Shown here one piece after another: positions 9,378-18,650 of a stretch of 64,000 nt of DNA. Both the position numbers and the translations under genes were made by a program. The notes below the pieces were generated by a model. It searched no databases. It was given only the letters and a program-made list of their open reading frames with translations, and was not told the DNA's origin. Location of the stretch: contig JAMCZU010000035.1 in assembly GCA_023485405.1 (NCBI GenBank), positions 1,519 to 65,518 on the forward strand, in the 5' to 3' direction. This DNA comes from Patescibacteria group bacterium (lineage in GTDB: Bacteria > Patescibacteriota > UBA1384 > UBA12157 > JAENIV01). Positions within the stretch are counted from its first letter, which is position 1. Each line of letters starts with the position of its first letter.

Positions 9378-9593
9378 TTAACCTTCGTTTAATTCCGCTT
9401 TATAACCGGCTTTTTTAATTGTTTCAATAATTGTTTCAGGAGAAACATTATCTTCAGTTTTGACAAAGCCGCTGCTTGTTTTTGAATCAACCCTTGATTC
9501 TAAGACTCCTTCAGTGTCGTCGAGTTCCATTTGGATTATTTTTTCGCAAGAACCACAGTGCATGCCCGAGATTTTAAATTTTAATTCCTTCAT
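9378..9593 (-). CDS. copZ: Copper chaperone (HMA domain, GMHCGSC)
   Basis: 71-aa ferredoxin-like HMA protein located immediately upstream of copA. Confidence 0.85.
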   Translation of the reverse strand: MKELKFKISGMHCGSCEKIIQMELDDTEGVLESRVDSKTSSGFVKTEDNVSPETIIETIKKAGYKAELNEG

Positions 9594-9659
9594 AAATATC
9601 TCCTTTCATTTATTAAACCTACTCCTACGGTATAGGTAATTAGTAATGTTGTCAAGTGT

Positions 9660-11372
9660 TTAATTAACGATAATTCTACCTCTGACGGAACCCATTGAAC
9701 AAGTAATATAATAGGTGCCTTTTTCTTTGGGGGTAAAATCAAAAACAATTGTTTTATCTTTTTCAATAAATTGAGGTCTGTCCACCAGTCCTGGTACGGT
9801 GATAGTACTCATACAACCTCGACCGTCTTCTTTGGCCTCAACTTGAAATCTCACCGGTTTTCCGAATTGCACGGTAAATTCTTTGGGAGAAATATCATCT
9901 TTGGGAGAAATGAAAGTTGTTGTAATCACTTGAGCATCTGGTGGAAGAGGAGGAATTTCGTTGTTACTTTTAGTAGGAGTCGGTGTAGCAGAACTGTTTA
10001 AAGTAATAGTTTTAGGGTCTTCATTTTCTACCACTGTAAATTTTCCGGTGTACATTCCCATAGAGCAAGAAAACTTTATTTCACCGAATTCCGTTGGCGT
10101 AAATGAAATTATGTTTTCACCGGCGGATAAGAATTTTTTTACATTAATTTTAGAAGCGACAATACTAGCGGCGCAAGAACGGGCATCTTCAGAAGTAATA
10201 ACCCATTTAACCGGAATATCTTTTTTGATCGTAAAATTATTGGGGGTGTAACCATAACTATTTTGAGTCATTTTAACAATTTGAACGCCGTTTTCGATTT
10301 TTACATTTGGATCGTCTTTGGCGCTAACAGTACTATTATTAAACGAAATTCCTCTCCAGCCAGTCAGGTTAAACCCGTTGGAAATATTAAGAATGGCTAA
10401 AAAAATTACCAACACACCGGCAAATTTAAAGAATTTTTTCGCAAAAGCGCCTTTGATAACTGAGGTAAGACCTCCGATTCCCAAAAGACCCGGGGCAGTG
10501 CCAAGAGCAAAAACACCCATAATGGCGGCGCCAGACCAAAAATTCCCCGTACTCATGGCGTAAAGTTGCATTGCCTGAGTAAAACCGCAGGGTAAAAAGA
10601 AGGTTAAAGCACCGGTCACAAGAGAATTAGTGTGACTGTATTCTCTTTCATGTCGTTTTTTAATTCCAAAAAGTTTTGCTAACCCAGAAGGTAAAGTAAA
10701 ACCGGTGCTCGAAATACGGGGGAATAATTCGGTTAATTGAATCCCTAAAATCAGCATAAAAATACCAACAATAATAGTTAGCGCTCCAAGCAGTGAGCTG
10801 GAAAGCTGAAAAGCTTTGCCAATAGTCCCAATTAAACCACCAAGAATAAAGTAAGAGAGAATTCTACCTAAATTAAAGAAAAGATGAGGTCGAAATTTTT
10901 GAAAGGCACTTGCTTCGGGGTGTTTTTCCGAGTGACGCGCCGATATGCCTAGGATTAAGCCTCCTACCAACGCCATACAGGTTGAAACACCGGCGGTTAA
11001 ACCCACTAATAATACGACGATTAAACTCGAAGGGTTATTAGTATTACCAAAATTAAGATTGGTAAGATTAAATTTTTTTGCAACCAAATACAAAATCGCC
11101 AAAATCACTAAAGCAATGCCTAAATCTTTGTATTCGGTGGGATTTTTACTAATCCAGCTTTTTTCCTCACGGCCGATTTCATAACCAGCTTCATAAATTG
11201 CGTCAGCAACTTTATTCATAGTAGCTGGATCATTTAAGAAGAATTCCGCTTGTTTCTTTTTATAACTGACAGCAATACCTTTAATTCCGGGGATTTCTTT
11301 TAATTTTCCTTCAATTAAGAGTTCACAAGATCGGCAATGCATTCCTTTGACGGGGACAATGGTTTTTCCCAT
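9660..11372 (-). CDS. Three-part fusion protein: N-terminal HMA domain (GMHCRSC), a polytopic permease with conserved TM cysteines (DsbD_2/MerT-like), and two C-terminal cupredoxin-like beta domains (CSMGMYTG, CSMGSVRG)
   Basis: Domain order read directly from the translation. The C-terminal half is Thr/Pro-linker rich and carries two repeated C-x-M-G motifs. Confidence 0.6.
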   Translation of the reverse strand: MGKTIVPVKGMHCRSCELLIEGKLKEIPGIKGIAVSYKKKQAEFFLNDPATMNKVADAIYEAGYEIGREEKSWISKNPTEYKDLGIALVILAILYLVAKKFNLTNLNFGNTNNPSSLIVVLLVGLTAGVSTCMALVGGLILGISARHSEKHPEASAFQKFRPHLFFNLGRILSYFILGGLIGTIGKAFQLSSSLLGALTIIVGIFMLILGIQLTELFPRISSTGFTLPSGLAKLFGIKKRHEREYSHTNSLVTGALTFFLPCGFTQAMQLYAMSTGNFWSGAAIMGVFALGTAPGLLGIGGLTSVIKGAFAKKFFKFAGVLVIFLAILNISNGFNLTGWRGISFNNSTVSAKDDPNVKIENGVQIVKMTQNSYGYTPNNFTIKKDIPVKWVITSEDARSCAASIVASKINVKKFLSAGENIISFTPTEFGEIKFSCSMGMYTGKFTVVENEDPKTITLNSSATPTPTKSNNEIPPLPPDAQVITTTFISPKDDISPKEFTVQFGKPVRFQVEAKEDGRGCMSTITVPGLVDRPQFIEKDKTIVFDFTPKEKGTYYITCSMGSVRGRIIVN

Positions 11373-11387
11373 AGGTTTTACCCCTCT

Positions 11388-11660
11388 TTATTTATTGGCC
11401 ATTTTAGAGACTTTTAAAATTTCTTGAATCATTTCCTGTTTTCTTTTTTCATTACTAGTTTTCATGGCATTTTTAAAACAGGAATTAAGATGGCTTTCCA
11501 TTAACATTTGATGAGCGGATTTTAGGAGGCCAATCACCGCGAGATTTTGCTGCATAATATCAATACAGTACTCATTGCTTTCAAGCATTTTAATGATTTT
11601 TTCAATGTGACTTTTGGCCTTTTTAAAATTAATTAAAGTTTTTTCATGTTTTGAATTCAT
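11388..11660 (-). CDS. csoR: CsoR/RcnR-family copper-sensing repressor
   Basis: The conserved C...H...C ligand triad is spaced as in CsoR (YC...H-x3-C). It is the first gene of the copper operon and has an AAAGGA RBS. Confidence 0.8.
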   Translation of the reverse strand: MNSKHEKTLINFKKAKSHIEKIIKMLESNEYCIDIMQQNLAVIGLLKSAHQMLMESHLNSCFKNAMKTSNEKRKQEMIQEILKVSKMANK

Positions 11661-11678
11661 CTCGTCCTTTCTTCGACG

Positions 11679-11693
11679 TCTACCATAGGTAGA
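11679..11693. promoter_or_regulatory. Candidate CsoR operator: perfect palindrome tcTACCataGGTAga just downstream of the predicted minus-strand promoter (TTGACA-N18-TATTAT) of the csoR operon
   Basis: 6-3-6 inverted repeat located 19 nt upstream of the csoR start codon. A related copy is at 12780-12793. Confidence 0.5.
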
Positions 11694-11784
11694 GGTGAAT
11701 TTATAATAACAAACCTTTTATATTATTGTCAACAAACATATTACACAATCTTTTTGTGCTATACTATAAGTAGAAGGGACTAAA

Positions 11785-11931
11785 ATGATGGATTATGATT
11801 CCATATCTCAAGGTATGATGGGTGGTAATGTTGGCGTGGCCTCACTTTTTATGTGGCTAAGCTACATTTTAATTATTGTTCTTCTTGTGCTTGGGATTAT
11901 GGCACTTTGGAAATATATTAATAAAAATTAA
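11785..11931 (+). CDS. Small membrane protein (48 aa), hypothetical
   Basis: AAGGGA RBS and an extended -10 TGcTATACT upstream. A single TM helix. Converges with the neighbouring gene, with a 4-nt overlap. Confidence 0.35.
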   Translation: MMDYDSISQGMMGGNVGVASLFMWLSYILIIVLLVLGIMALWKYINKN

Positions 11932-12770
11932 ACCCCACAACTGCCACCGCCAGTGACGAAGGGCAGATCTTTAACTTGCGATCTAATATAGGCAAAGCCT
12001 TGTTGGCTCGAAAAGTTTTTTCCAAGAATAATTTTAGGGTTAAAGCCTACCAAATTTTGACTATTCTCTTTTAAATATTGATCAATTGTTAAATAATCAT
12101 TGGGAAACCAAAAAGTGTTAAGGATTAAAGCATCTTTATAAATTTGTTCTTCATCTAAGTTTTGCGCCGCGGCTAGTTCTAAAAAACCCAGCATGGCCAT
12201 GCCATGATTGCAATCCGGAAAATAAGTGGAGTTGTTGCAACAGGGCCGATAAATATTTTTAGCCATTTCTTCCACCATTTTTTGTTGTCCAGACGTCAGC
12301 GTAATAAAATTATGTTTTGAATAATGATCCATGGCTTGACCTCGAGAGAGAGACCAGCCGCCAGTAGAGGCAAAATTAGCCGTTTTGCCATTTTGGGTCA
12401 TTGGTCCTTTCTCTAGAATTTCATTTTTGTTACTCAAACCAAAAGCCCAAAAGAAATTTAAAAGATAGCTGGCGTTGTCTTTGGTGATAACAATATTAGA
12501 GCCGTTGTCTTTTAGAAGGCGAACCATTCCTTCTTTTGATTCAATTTTTCCTTGGTCAATGACGCCTTCTTTGAGCATCATTTGACCGAGGTTATTTAAT
12601 CTAACGGGAATAATGGTTTCATTTAGAGATAAAACAGTCTTATTTTGCGCAATTAAAGTGAGTTTTTGGCTAATTTTTTGCCAACTATTGGTAGCGTTTC
12701 CAATTAATATAATAGTAGCAATAAGTCCGAAGAGAACAAAAAGAGCAGATTTATTTAAATATTTTTTCAT
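11928..12770 (-). CDS. Secreted or membrane-anchored Cys-rich protein (CC...C.H cluster PCCNNSTYFPDCNHGM; C-terminal GGGSCGV). Possibly CsoR-regulated.
   Basis: N-terminal signal anchor. The second TACC-N3-GGTA box overlaps the -10 region of its TTGACA promoter. Confidence 0.55.
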   Translation of the reverse strand: MKKYLNKSALFVLFGLIATIILIGNATNSWQKISQKLTLIAQNKTVLSLNETIIPVRLNNLGQMMLKEGVIDQGKIESKEGMVRLLKDNGSNIVITKDNASYLLNFFWAFGLSNKNEILEKGPMTQNGKTANFASTGGWSLSRGQAMDHYSKHNFITLTSGQQKMVEEMAKNIYRPCCNNSTYFPDCNHGMAMLGFLELAAAQNLDEEQIYKDALILNTFWFPNDYLTIDQYLKENSQNLVGFNPKIILGKNFSSQQGFAYIRSQVKDLPFVTGGGSCGV

Positions 12771-12779
12771 TAATGACCT

Positions 12780-12793
12780 ATACCAATGGTAAT
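12780..12793. promoter_or_regulatory. Second candidate CsoR operator (aTACCaatGGTAat) in the divergent region between the Cys-rich protein gene and the second Cu-ATPase gene
   Basis: Same TACC-N3-GGTA core as the box at 11679-11693. Confidence 0.45.
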
Positions 12794-12856
12794 GGTCGCT
12801 GTAGTGCTTGTCAATTTTAGTTGGTTGTTCAAAGTTAAATTTGTTAAAATTAATGT

Positions 12857-14899
12857 ATGGAACACGAAATGCATCATGATATGCAAAAAATGAGTCATAT
12901 GGATCATGAGGCAGCTATGACTAATCCGCAAATGGCCAAAGAGATGGAAAAGGATATGCGGCGTCGTTTTTGGATCTCTCTGGTTTTATCGGTGCCAATT
13001 TTTCTTTATTCTCCGGTTGGCGTGAACTTACTAAAAATTCATTTACCAAGTCCTGTTCCGGTTAATTGGTTGCTCTTAATTTTGACCACGCCGATTGTTT
13101 TTTGGACGGGGTCAATTTTTACGGTTGGTGCTTACAGCGCGCTTAAAAACAAGAAACTCGATATGTCGGTTCTGATTGCCACTGGTGTTTTGACTGCTTA
13201 TTTATTTAGTGTCTATCTGACTATTACTTCTAGTAGTGAAACTTTTTACGAAGCAGCCGCCTTGTTGGTCACTTTTGTTTTATTTGGTCATTGGATGGAA
13301 ATGCGTTCAAGAAGGGGAACTTCCGATTCTCTTAGAGCTTTATTTGATCTTGTGCCGCCGCAGGCACATGTTTTAAGAAATGGTAAAGAGGAAATTTTGC
13401 CGAGTGCGGAAATTATTAAAGGAGATATTATAATTGTTCGTCCGGGAGACAAGATTCCGGTAGACGGCGATATTATTGAAGGCGAATCGTCGGTTGATGA
13501 ATCTTTAGTTACTGGTGAATCAATCCCTGTGGCCAAAAAAATTGGCGATAAAGTTATTGGCGGATCGGTTAATCAAACTGGTGAAATTAAATTTCGGGCA
13601 ACCAAAGTTGGTTCAGAAACAGTGTTAGCTCAAATTATTTCGTTGGTTGAAAAAGCTCAAAATTCCAAAGCGCCAGGACAAAGAATTGCCGATAAAGCGG
13701 CGGCTTATCTTGTGGTTTTAGCGATTGGTTCGGGGTTAGTGACTTTTTTTGCTTGGATTTATTTTGGCCAAGCCGACTTAGTGATGGCTTTAACTTTTGC
13801 GGTTTCAGCGGTCGTGATTGCTTGCCCCGATGCTTTGGGGTTGGCCACTCCCACGGCAGTGGCAGTCGGCACGGGGATAGGAGCTAAGCATAATGTTTTG
13901 ATCAAAGATGCAGCTACTTTAGAAAATGCCTCTAAAATTAACGCGATTTTGCTTGATAAAACTGGCACCTTAACTGAAGGAAAACCAAAAGTAACGGATA
14001 TTATTGCTTTTGAAGGTTTTAGCCAGACGGATATTTTAAAGTACGAAGCAGCGGTTGAATCAGGCTCAAATCACCCCTTAGCTAAGTCAATTATCGAAAA
14101 AGCGGTGGCGCAAAAAATAAATATTCCCCAAAAAACAAGTTTTGAATCAATAGCAGGCTTGGGTCTTAAGGCAGTGGTGGATGGAAAAACTATCAATGTG
14201 GGTAAAGAAAAACTGTTGCAAGAAGATAAAGTTGCAACCGATTTAGCCAAAGACGAAATGGAAAAACTAGCAAGTCAAGGTAAAACCTTAAGTTTAATTG
14301 CCATTAATGGCAAATTGGCCGGAATGATTGCTTTAGCCGATACCGTTAAATTGTCAGCTAAAAAAACTATTACTCAATTTAAAAAAATGGGCATTGAACC
14401 AGTCATGATTACGGGTGACAATGACCAAGTGGCCAAAGCAGTGGCGAAAGATTTAGGAATTGAGAGGTTTTTTGCCGAAGTTTTACCGAGCGAAAAAGCA
14501 GATTTTGTTAAAAAATTACAAGATGAAGGAAAATTTGTGGCAATGGTGGGTGATGGTATTAATGATGCGCCGGCGCTGGCTCAAGCAAATATTGGCATTG
14601 CCATTGGGGCAGGCACTGATGTCGCCATTGAAACCGGCAGTATTGTTTTAATGAAGTCCGATCCTTACGACATTATCTTAGCCATCATTTTAAGCAAAGC
14701 AACTGTTGGTAAGATGAAGCAAAATCTTTTTTGGGCTTCAATTTACAATATTTTAGCTATTCCCATTGCCGCCGGTGTTTTTTATAATTCTTTTGGTTTA
14801 ATTTTACGGCCGGAAGTGTCTGCTCTATTGATGTCCGCCTCATCTATAATAGTAGCGACGAATGCCGTTTTACTTAAAAGAATCGAGGCAAAATTATAG
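12857..14899 (+). CDS. P1B-type heavy-metal ATPase of CopB-like architecture. It has a His/Met-rich N-terminus, no HMA domain, and CPD in place of the usual CPC/CPH TM motif.
   Basis: DKTGTLT and [10 protein letters not shown] are present. The N-terminus reads [17 protein letters not shown]. The TM6 motif reads [14 protein letters not shown], read directly from the DNA. Confidence 0.85.
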   Translation: MEHEMHHDMQKMSHMDHEAAMTNPQMAKEMEKDMRRRFWISLVLSVPIFLYSPVGVNLLKIHLPSPVPVNWLLLILTTPIVFWTGSIFTVGAYSALKNKKLDMSVLIATGVLTAYLFSVYLTITSSSETFYEAAALLVTFVLFGHWMEMRSRRGTSDSLRALFDLVPPQAHVLRNGKEEILPSAEIIKGDIIIVRPGDKIPVDGDIIEGESSVDESLVTGESIPVAKKIGDKVIGGSVNQTGEIKFRATKVGSETVLAQIISLVEKAQNSKAPGQRIADKAAAYLVVLAIGSGLVTFFAWIYFGQADLVMALTFAVSAVVIACPDALGLATPTAVAVGTGIGAKHNVLIKDAATLENASKINAILLDKTGTLTEGKPKVTDIIAFEGFSQTDILKYEAAVESGSNHPLAKSIIEKAVAQKINIPQKTSFESIAGLGLKAVVDGKTINVGKEKLLQEDKVATDLAKDEMEKLASQGKTLSLIAINGKLAGMIALADTVKLSAKKTITQFKKMGIEPVMITGDNDQVAKAVAKDLGIERFFAEVLPSEKADFVKKLQDEGKFVAMVGDGINDAPALAQANIGIAIGAGTDVAIETGSIVLMKSDPYDIILAIILSKATVGKMKQNLFWASIYNILAIPIAAGVFYNSFGLILRPEVSALLMSASSIIVATNAVLLKRIEAKL

Positions 14900-15087
14900 C
14901 TTCAACCTGTGGATATCTTTTAAGATTTAGACCTCTTTTGGGGCTATTTTCAAGGTTTAAAGTCTCATTCTTACCTTAAAATTATGTTTTCCTCTTGACA
15001 AAAGAGAAGCCCCTTCTGATAATGAATATGTAACCTTTGAATAAGGTTAAAAATATCCCCAATCGGGGTAGGAAGGAGGTGATTTAA

Positions 15088-15288
15088 ATGGCTTATTCAG
15101 TCCAGTCAAAAAAATCCGGCGAAACCTACTATCTTCACTCGAAAGATGTGACTTTACGTGGTGGTCGTCAGCAAACTATCTACTTTTTTGCTCGTACCGA
15201 AAAAGAAGGTGCAATGGATGAATTACCAGAAGGCTACGCAGTAATGGAGAACAGCCGAACTGGTCTTCCAATGCTTAAGAAAGCTTAA
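15088..15288 (+). CDS. Small hypothetical protein (66 aa)
   Basis: Strong GGAAGGAGGTG RBS. Followed by the hairpin ctcaagagagccc...gggctttcttgag. Confidence 0.5.
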   Translation: MAYSVQSKKSGETYYLHSKDVTLRGGRQQTIYFFARTEKEGAMDELPEGYAVMENSRTGLPMLKKA

Positions 15289-15415
15289 AGTAGCTTATAT
15301 CGAGGGAAACTCAAGAGAGCCCAAAATGGGCTTTCTTGAGTTATCTCGGATCGAAGGCTTGATTTTTTTCGAGTTTTGTGTTAAACTATAAGTTGAATTT
15401 TTAGATGGAGATGTT

Positions 15416-16819
15416 TTGAAAAGATCTGAGCTTTTTTTTACTTTTTTGCAAATTCCCGTTGATTTGGCAATGATTGTTGCTTCTTTTGTGATAGCTTATA
15501 AATTTAGAACTTTTTTTGAATTTGTACCAGTTGTCTATGTTGAACCATTATTGGATTATTTAAAATTTGTGCTCATGACTTTGCCAATTTGGTTCGCGGT
15601 TTTTGTTTTTGCTGGTCTTTATACTTTAAAGAATTATCAGGGTCGCCTGCAGGAATTGGGTAAAATTTTGGTCGCGGTCTCGGCGGCGATTGCGATTCTT
15701 TTAGCCTGGCTTTTTCTTTCACGGACTTTCTTTTTTTCAAGGTTAATTATCATCTATGTTTGGCTAATTGCCATTGTACTAGTGACTTTTGGTCGAAGCT
15801 TGATCCATTTTATCCAAAGATTTCTTTATCGTTTTAGTATAGGTATTCATCGAGTTATTATTTTAGGCGAAAATTCCTCATCACGTTTTATTATTTCAGA
15901 ACTCAAAAATAACAAAAAACTAGGTTATAAAATTGTCAAAATTATTGACGAACAAGGAATTGAAAATTTAGAAAGAATTTTTGCCAAAAATCCGGCTGAC
16001 GAAATTATTGTGGCTAATCCTCATATTGGTCAGACAAAAATTGCGGAAGTTTTGGAATTTTGTCGGGCTCATCAAATTGGTTTTAAAATGACACCCGATT
16101 TATTCTTAGTTAGATCTTCTCATGTTGATGTCAAAACCCTCGCTGGTGTGCCGATTTTGGAATTTAATCGCACACCATTGGACGGTTGGGGCCGAATTAT
16201 TAAAAGATTGGTGGATATGATCGGATCATTCATCATATTAATAATTCTTTCACCGATAATGTTGCTGGTTGCTCTTGGGGTTAAATTTACCTCCAAGGGT
16301 TCAGTTATTTACCGTCAAAATAGAATTGGTTTTGAAAATAAACTTTTTTCTTTTTGGAAATTTCGTTCAATGAAAGCGGAATATTGTACCGGTGAAAATT
16401 ACGGTGGTAAGGAAGCTCAACAAGTTTGGGAAAAATTGAATAAAAAAAATGAAGCTGATGGTCCAATTTTTAAGATTAAAAATGATCCGAGGCTGACGAC
16501 CTTTGGTAAATTTATTCGCAAAACCAGTCTTGATGAACTACCTCAACTTTTTAATGTTCTAAAAGGACAAATGAGTTTGGTGGGGCCTCGGCCACCTTTG
16601 CCAAACGAAGTGGCTCAATATAATAAATTTCAACGTCGTCGTTTGGGAGTAAAGCCGGGTATGACAGGACTTTGGCAAGTCTCTGGGCGATCGGAGCTGA
16701 ATTTTGATGAATGGGTTAAACTCGATGTTTATTACATTGAACATTGGTCTTTATGGCTCGATTTTCAAATTTTCTTAAGAACTATTTGGGTGGTGATTCG
16801 AGGTCGCGGTGCGTATTAA
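15416..16819 (+). CDS. Polyprenyl-phosphate sugar phosphotransferase (WbaP/EpsE family). TTG start.
   Basis: The C-terminal bacterial sugar-transferase domain includes PRPPLPNEV and GMTGLWQVSGRS. There are N-terminal TM helices. A GGAG RBS precedes the TTG start. Confidence 0.85.
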   Translation: MKRSELFFTFLQIPVDLAMIVASFVIAYKFRTFFEFVPVVYVEPLLDYLKFVLMTLPIWFAVFVFAGLYTLKNYQGRLQELGKILVAVSAAIAILLAWLFLSRTFFFSRLIIIYVWLIAIVLVTFGRSLIHFIQRFLYRFSIGIHRVIILGENSSSRFIISELKNNKKLGYKIVKIIDEQGIENLERIFAKNPADEIIVANPHIGQTKIAEVLEFCRAHQIGFKMTPDLFLVRSSHVDVKTLAGVPILEFNRTPLDGWGRIIKRLVDMIGSFIILIILSPIMLLVALGVKFTSKGSVIYRQNRIGFENKLFSFWKFRSMKAEYCTGENYGGKEAQQVWEKLNKKNEADGPIFKIKNDPRLTTFGKFIRKTSLDELPQLFNVLKGQMSLVGPRPPLPNEVAQYNKFQRRRLGVKPGMTGLWQVSGRSELNFDEWVKLDVYYIEHWSLWLDFQIFLRTIWVVIRGRGAY

Positions 16820-17915
16820 AAATCTCAAAATAGCAATTGTGGTGGAAGAACTGACTCAACTTGGTGGAGCCGAAAGACTTTTGGACTATTTTTTAGAAGA
16901 ACTGCCCAAGGCGCCGGTCTACACGATTGTTTGGGATAAAGAGAAAACCTTGCATCGCTACGACAAATTCGATATTAGAACTTCTTTTATTCAAAAGTTG
17001 CCTTTTGGGATCAAGCATTATAAATGGTATCTAGCTTTAATGCCCAAAGCAGTGGAATCTTTTAAATTAGCCGATTACGATGTTGTGCTCTCAATTACCT
17101 CAGCTTTGGTTAAAGGTGTTAAAACCAATCAAAATCAACTCCATGTTTGTTATTGCAATACGCCGACCCGTTGGCTTTGGACGGACTCAGAAAGTTATCT
17201 AAAATCTGCGCCCATCCCGTTTTTTGCAAGACCTATTATGCCGATCTTAATCTCATATCTAAGAAAATGGGACTTAAAAGCAGCTATTAGGCCAGACTAT
17301 TTTATTGCTAATTCCGAAAATGTACGAAAGCGAATTAAAAAATATTATAATCGCGATTCGGTCTCAATTTTTGTGCCGGTGGATTGTCGAAATTTTTCTT
17401 TATCCAAAGAAAAAGGGAAATATTATTTAATTGTTTCGCGTCTTGAGCCTTACAAAAAAGTGGAAATGGTGATTGAGGCTTTCCAAAAACTAAAATTGCC
17501 TTTAAAAATTGTGGGAACAGGCACAAAATTTGAAAGTTTTAAAAAAAGTGTTGGAAAAAATATCCAATTGGTGGGACGAGTCAGTGACGAAAAATTAGCG
17601 CAACTTTACAAAGATTCGATTGCGACTATTTTTCCTCAAGAGGAAGATGCGGGAATTGTGCCGCTAGAATCAATGGCCGCCGGACGCCCCGTCATTGCTT
17701 TTCGTCAGGGAGGGGCACAAGAGACTGTGATTGAAGGCAAAACCGGTGTGTTTTTTGAAAAACAGACGGTGGAAGACTTAATTTCGGCGATTAAAAAATT
17801 TCAAAAAATGAAGTTTGATCCCCAAATTATAAGATCGCAGGCCGAAAAATTTGATAAAGAGCTTTTCAAGAGCAAAGTTTTCGAGTATATTAATAGTAGA
17901 CTTAAAAAATTTTGA
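16809..17915 (+). CDS. Glycosyltransferase family 4 (GT-B). GTG start overlapping the upstream gene.
   Basis: E-x7-E region GIVPLESMAAGRPVIA...GGAQETV is typical of GT4. Confidence 0.8.
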   Translation: MRIKNLKIAIVVEELTQLGGAERLLDYFLEELPKAPVYTIVWDKEKTLHRYDKFDIRTSFIQKLPFGIKHYKWYLALMPKAVESFKLADYDVVLSITSALVKGVKTNQNQLHVCYCNTPTRWLWTDSESYLKSAPIPFFARPIMPILISYLRKWDLKAAIRPDYFIANSENVRKRIKKYYNRDSVSIFVPVDCRNFSLSKEKGKYYLIVSRLEPYKKVEMVIEAFQKLKLPLKIVGTGTKFESFKKSVGKNIQLVGRVSDEKLAQLYKDSIATIFPQEEDAGIVPLESMAAGRPVIAFRQGGAQETVIEGKTGVFFEKQTVEDLISAIKKFQKMKFDPQIIRSQAEKFDKELFKSKVFEYINSRLKKF

Positions 17916-17997
17916 ATTTCAAATTTCAAATTTCAATTGAATTTTAAATTATTTAATGTTTTAAAATTAAGAATTAAAAATTTAGCCGGAGGTTTTT

Positions 17998-18630
17998 ATG
18001 GAACTGAGAGAATATTTTAAAATCATTGGCAAGTATGGAAAACTTTTTTGGGGCATAGTCATTGTCACGATTATCGCCACTTTTGTTTTTACTAAAATGC
18101 AACCAAAGTCGTATCTTGCGGCCACTACTTTAACCGTTAATAAAACATCGGCGATTAAACAATCTCAGGTTAATTATTATCTTTTTGATAATTACTATAA
18201 TGTTCAGTCGTCCGGTCTTTTCTCACAAATTGTAGTTTCCTGGCTGAGTTCGCCGGCAGTAGTCAAGGACATTTATGCTAAAGCAAATCTGCCTTTGCCG
18301 GATGTCTCGCAGGGAAAATTATCTAAAACTTTTAAAGCGATTCGTGAAGAACCAGCTACCGTCAATGTTTCGATTAATGACAGTAACGCCGATGAAGCCG
18401 AAAAGCTAGTCAACGCCGCTGCCGCTGTTGTTCAAGAAAAAGCCAATGAGTTAGGCAAGTCTGATACGGAAAATATTTACGATATTGTGAAATTCGCCTC
18501 GGTGGTAACAGAGACAACGCCAAATTTATGGTTTAATTTACTTATTGGGGCCATTGCCGGTGTAATTTTAGGTGCAATCTTGGCTTTAGCCGTTGATTAC
18601 TTTAAGGCCGAAGATAAAAAAGGAAATTAA
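17998..18630 (+). CDS. Wzz/YveK-like polysaccharide chain-length determinant (short form)
   Basis: N- and C-terminal TM helices. The C-terminal helix is G-rich (GAIAGVILGAILALAVDY). Lies in EPS-locus context. GGAGG RBS. Confidence 0.65.
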   Translation: MELREYFKIIGKYGKLFWGIVIVTIIATFVFTKMQPKSYLAATTLTVNKTSAIKQSQVNYYLFDNYYNVQSSGLFSQIVVSWLSSPAVVKDIYAKANLPLPDVSQGKLSKTFKAIREEPATVNVSINDSNADEAEKLVNAAAAVVQEKANELGKSDTENIYDIVKFASVVTETTPNLWFNLLIGAIAGVILGAILALAVDYFKAEDKKGN

Positions 18631-18650
18631 ATTTTCTTTAAAGGTAGGGT

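Noticed and set aside
12857-14899. Second ATPase as a degraded copy or pseudogene of copA
   Set aside because: The frame is intact over 680 codons with all catalytic motifs. Its divergence (no HMA domain, His-rich N-terminus, CPD) fits a distinct functional subtype and not decay.
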